Shown here: positions 63,528-64,000 of the stretch, piece after piece | Numbering within the stretch: the first letter of the stretch is position 1 | How the letters are laid out: every line of letters starts with the position of its first letter | From: an uncultured Kiritimatiellota bacterium | GTDB lineage: Bacteria > Verrucomicrobiota > Kiritimatiellia > RFP12 > DVOR01 | Direction of reading: 5' to 3' | Assembly (NCBI GenBank): GCA_944389585.1 | Contig: CALXMW010000003.1 | Coordinates: forward strand, 129,818 to 193,817 | DNA: 64,000 bases | The notes under the pieces: generated by a model | Databases searched by the model: none | What the model was told of the DNA's origin: nothing | The model's input: the letters and a program-made list of their open reading frames with translations, nothing else | Translations under genes and position numbers: made by a program

Positions 63528-64000
63528 ATGGCCAAGCGCCTGCGCCCCCCCCCGGCGGCCGACCTCCTGCGCGGGGGGCGGCAATCCTGGCGCTGGCTCC
63601 GCTTCTGGTTCCCCGCCGAGGGCGAGACCCTGCGGATGGGGCGCATCGTGGGCATCGCCGCGGCCGTCGGCGTCCTCGCCGGGCTCATGGCCATCTGGTT
63701 CTTCTCCACGATCGAATGGGTGCGCGTCTACGCCCTGGAGACGCTCGGGGCCATCCACCTGCCCATGGCCGAGGGCGAGGCCGCCCTCGCCCACCCCCAC
63801 GCCCTGCCCTACGCCCTCCTCGACCGCCTGCGCCCCGGCCTCGGCGCCTGCGCCGCCGGCCTGGCGCGCCTGCTGCTGCCCGCGTGCGGCGCCCTCCTGG
63901 CCTGCCTCCTGGCCCGCCGCTTCGCCCCCAGCGCCGGCGGCCACGGCACCGACACGGTCATCGCCGCCTACCACCGCTCCGACGCCGACATCCCCGTGGC
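63528..64000 (+). CDS. ClC-family chloride channel / H+-Cl- antiporter, N-terminal part (runs off window)
   Basis: Hand translation from ATG 63528 stays open to the window end. TM helices IVGIAAAVGVLAGLMAIWFF and LLLPACGALLACLLA, then SAGGHGTDTVIAAYH, which resembles the first ClC selectivity block. Not in the ORF track because no stop is reached. Confidence 0.7.
   Translation, partial: MAKRLRPPPAADLLRGGRQSWRWLRFWFPAEGETLRMGRIVGIAAAVGVLAGLMAIWFFSTIEWVRVYALETLGAIHLPMAEGEAALAHPHALPYALLDRLRPGLGACAAGLARLLLPACGALLACLLARRFAPSAGGHGTDTVIAAYHRSDADIPV

Overview
This is a very GC-rich bacterial chromosome segment, clearly above 65% G+C by eye (not computed), and it is gene-dense on both strands. The gene content includes a PEP-CTERM protein, a Tat-signal sulfatase, a C10 peptidase, Bat/aerotolerance-like proteins, pyruvate phosphate dikinase, two iron-sulfur flavoproteins, an Fe-alcohol dehydrogenase and many HAD hydrolases. 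This suggests an anaerobic, glycan-degrading member of the PVC superphylum (Kiritimatiellota/Verrucomicrobiota/Lentisphaerota-like), which is inference only.

Layout:
- 1-2.8 kb: tatD fragment plus an orphan four-gene Flp/Tad-type pilin operon.
- 2.8-6.2 kb: gph, a hypothetical protein, a PolB-like exonuclease and cysK.
- 6.5-7.2 kb: a PEP-CTERM gene bracketed by repeats.
- 8-11 kb: rplM-rpsI and a DEAD-box helicase.
- 11-14.7 kb: HAD, hom and aspartate kinase.
- 14.7-20.1 kb: three Bat-like genes.
- 20.1-25.7 kb: proC-proB, a UvrD-like helicase, a GxxExxY gene, UDP-glucuronate decarboxylase and rpsO.
- 25.8-34.5 kb: C10 peptidase, ISF, ppdK, a LysM lipoprotein, an FtsW/RodA-family protein and HAD.
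- 34.9-39.6 kb: the classical block tRNA-Thr, tuf, rpmG, tRNA-Trp, secE, nusG, rplKAJL, which is not followed by rpoBC.
- 40.1-62.5 kb: a glycan-biosynthesis neighbourhood. It holds a giant membrane-TPR protein, a pyruvyl transferase, an FrhB-like protein, a flippase, ugd, a Wzy/ligase-like protein and three GT4 genes. It is interrupted by a sulfatase/nth/HAD operon and a redox/detox operon.
- 62.6-64 kb: an EIIA-CBS protein and the start of a ClC channel.

I saw no CRISPR array, integrase, transposase, prophage or recognisable defence system.

The signals the gene list does not explain are:
- A modular intergenic repeat family at seven loci, built of degenerate 9-bp units and GC hairpins. One pair of modules brackets a GxxExxY (PD-(D/E)XK-fold) gene, and three loci are palindromic MITE-like elements.
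- The machinery-less pilin operon, in which all four products share a GQA(M/V)V processing motif.
- A 13-bp x 9.5 plus 17-bp x 3 tandem array just upstream of the tRNA-Thr/tuf promoter.
- A recurrent TTGCG-N17-18-TGGTAnnnT promoter motif, with several apparently leaderless operons.
- A divergent switch-I region in EF-Tu.

The long Arg/Pro/Gly-rich ORFs antisense to real genes are treated as GC artefacts.
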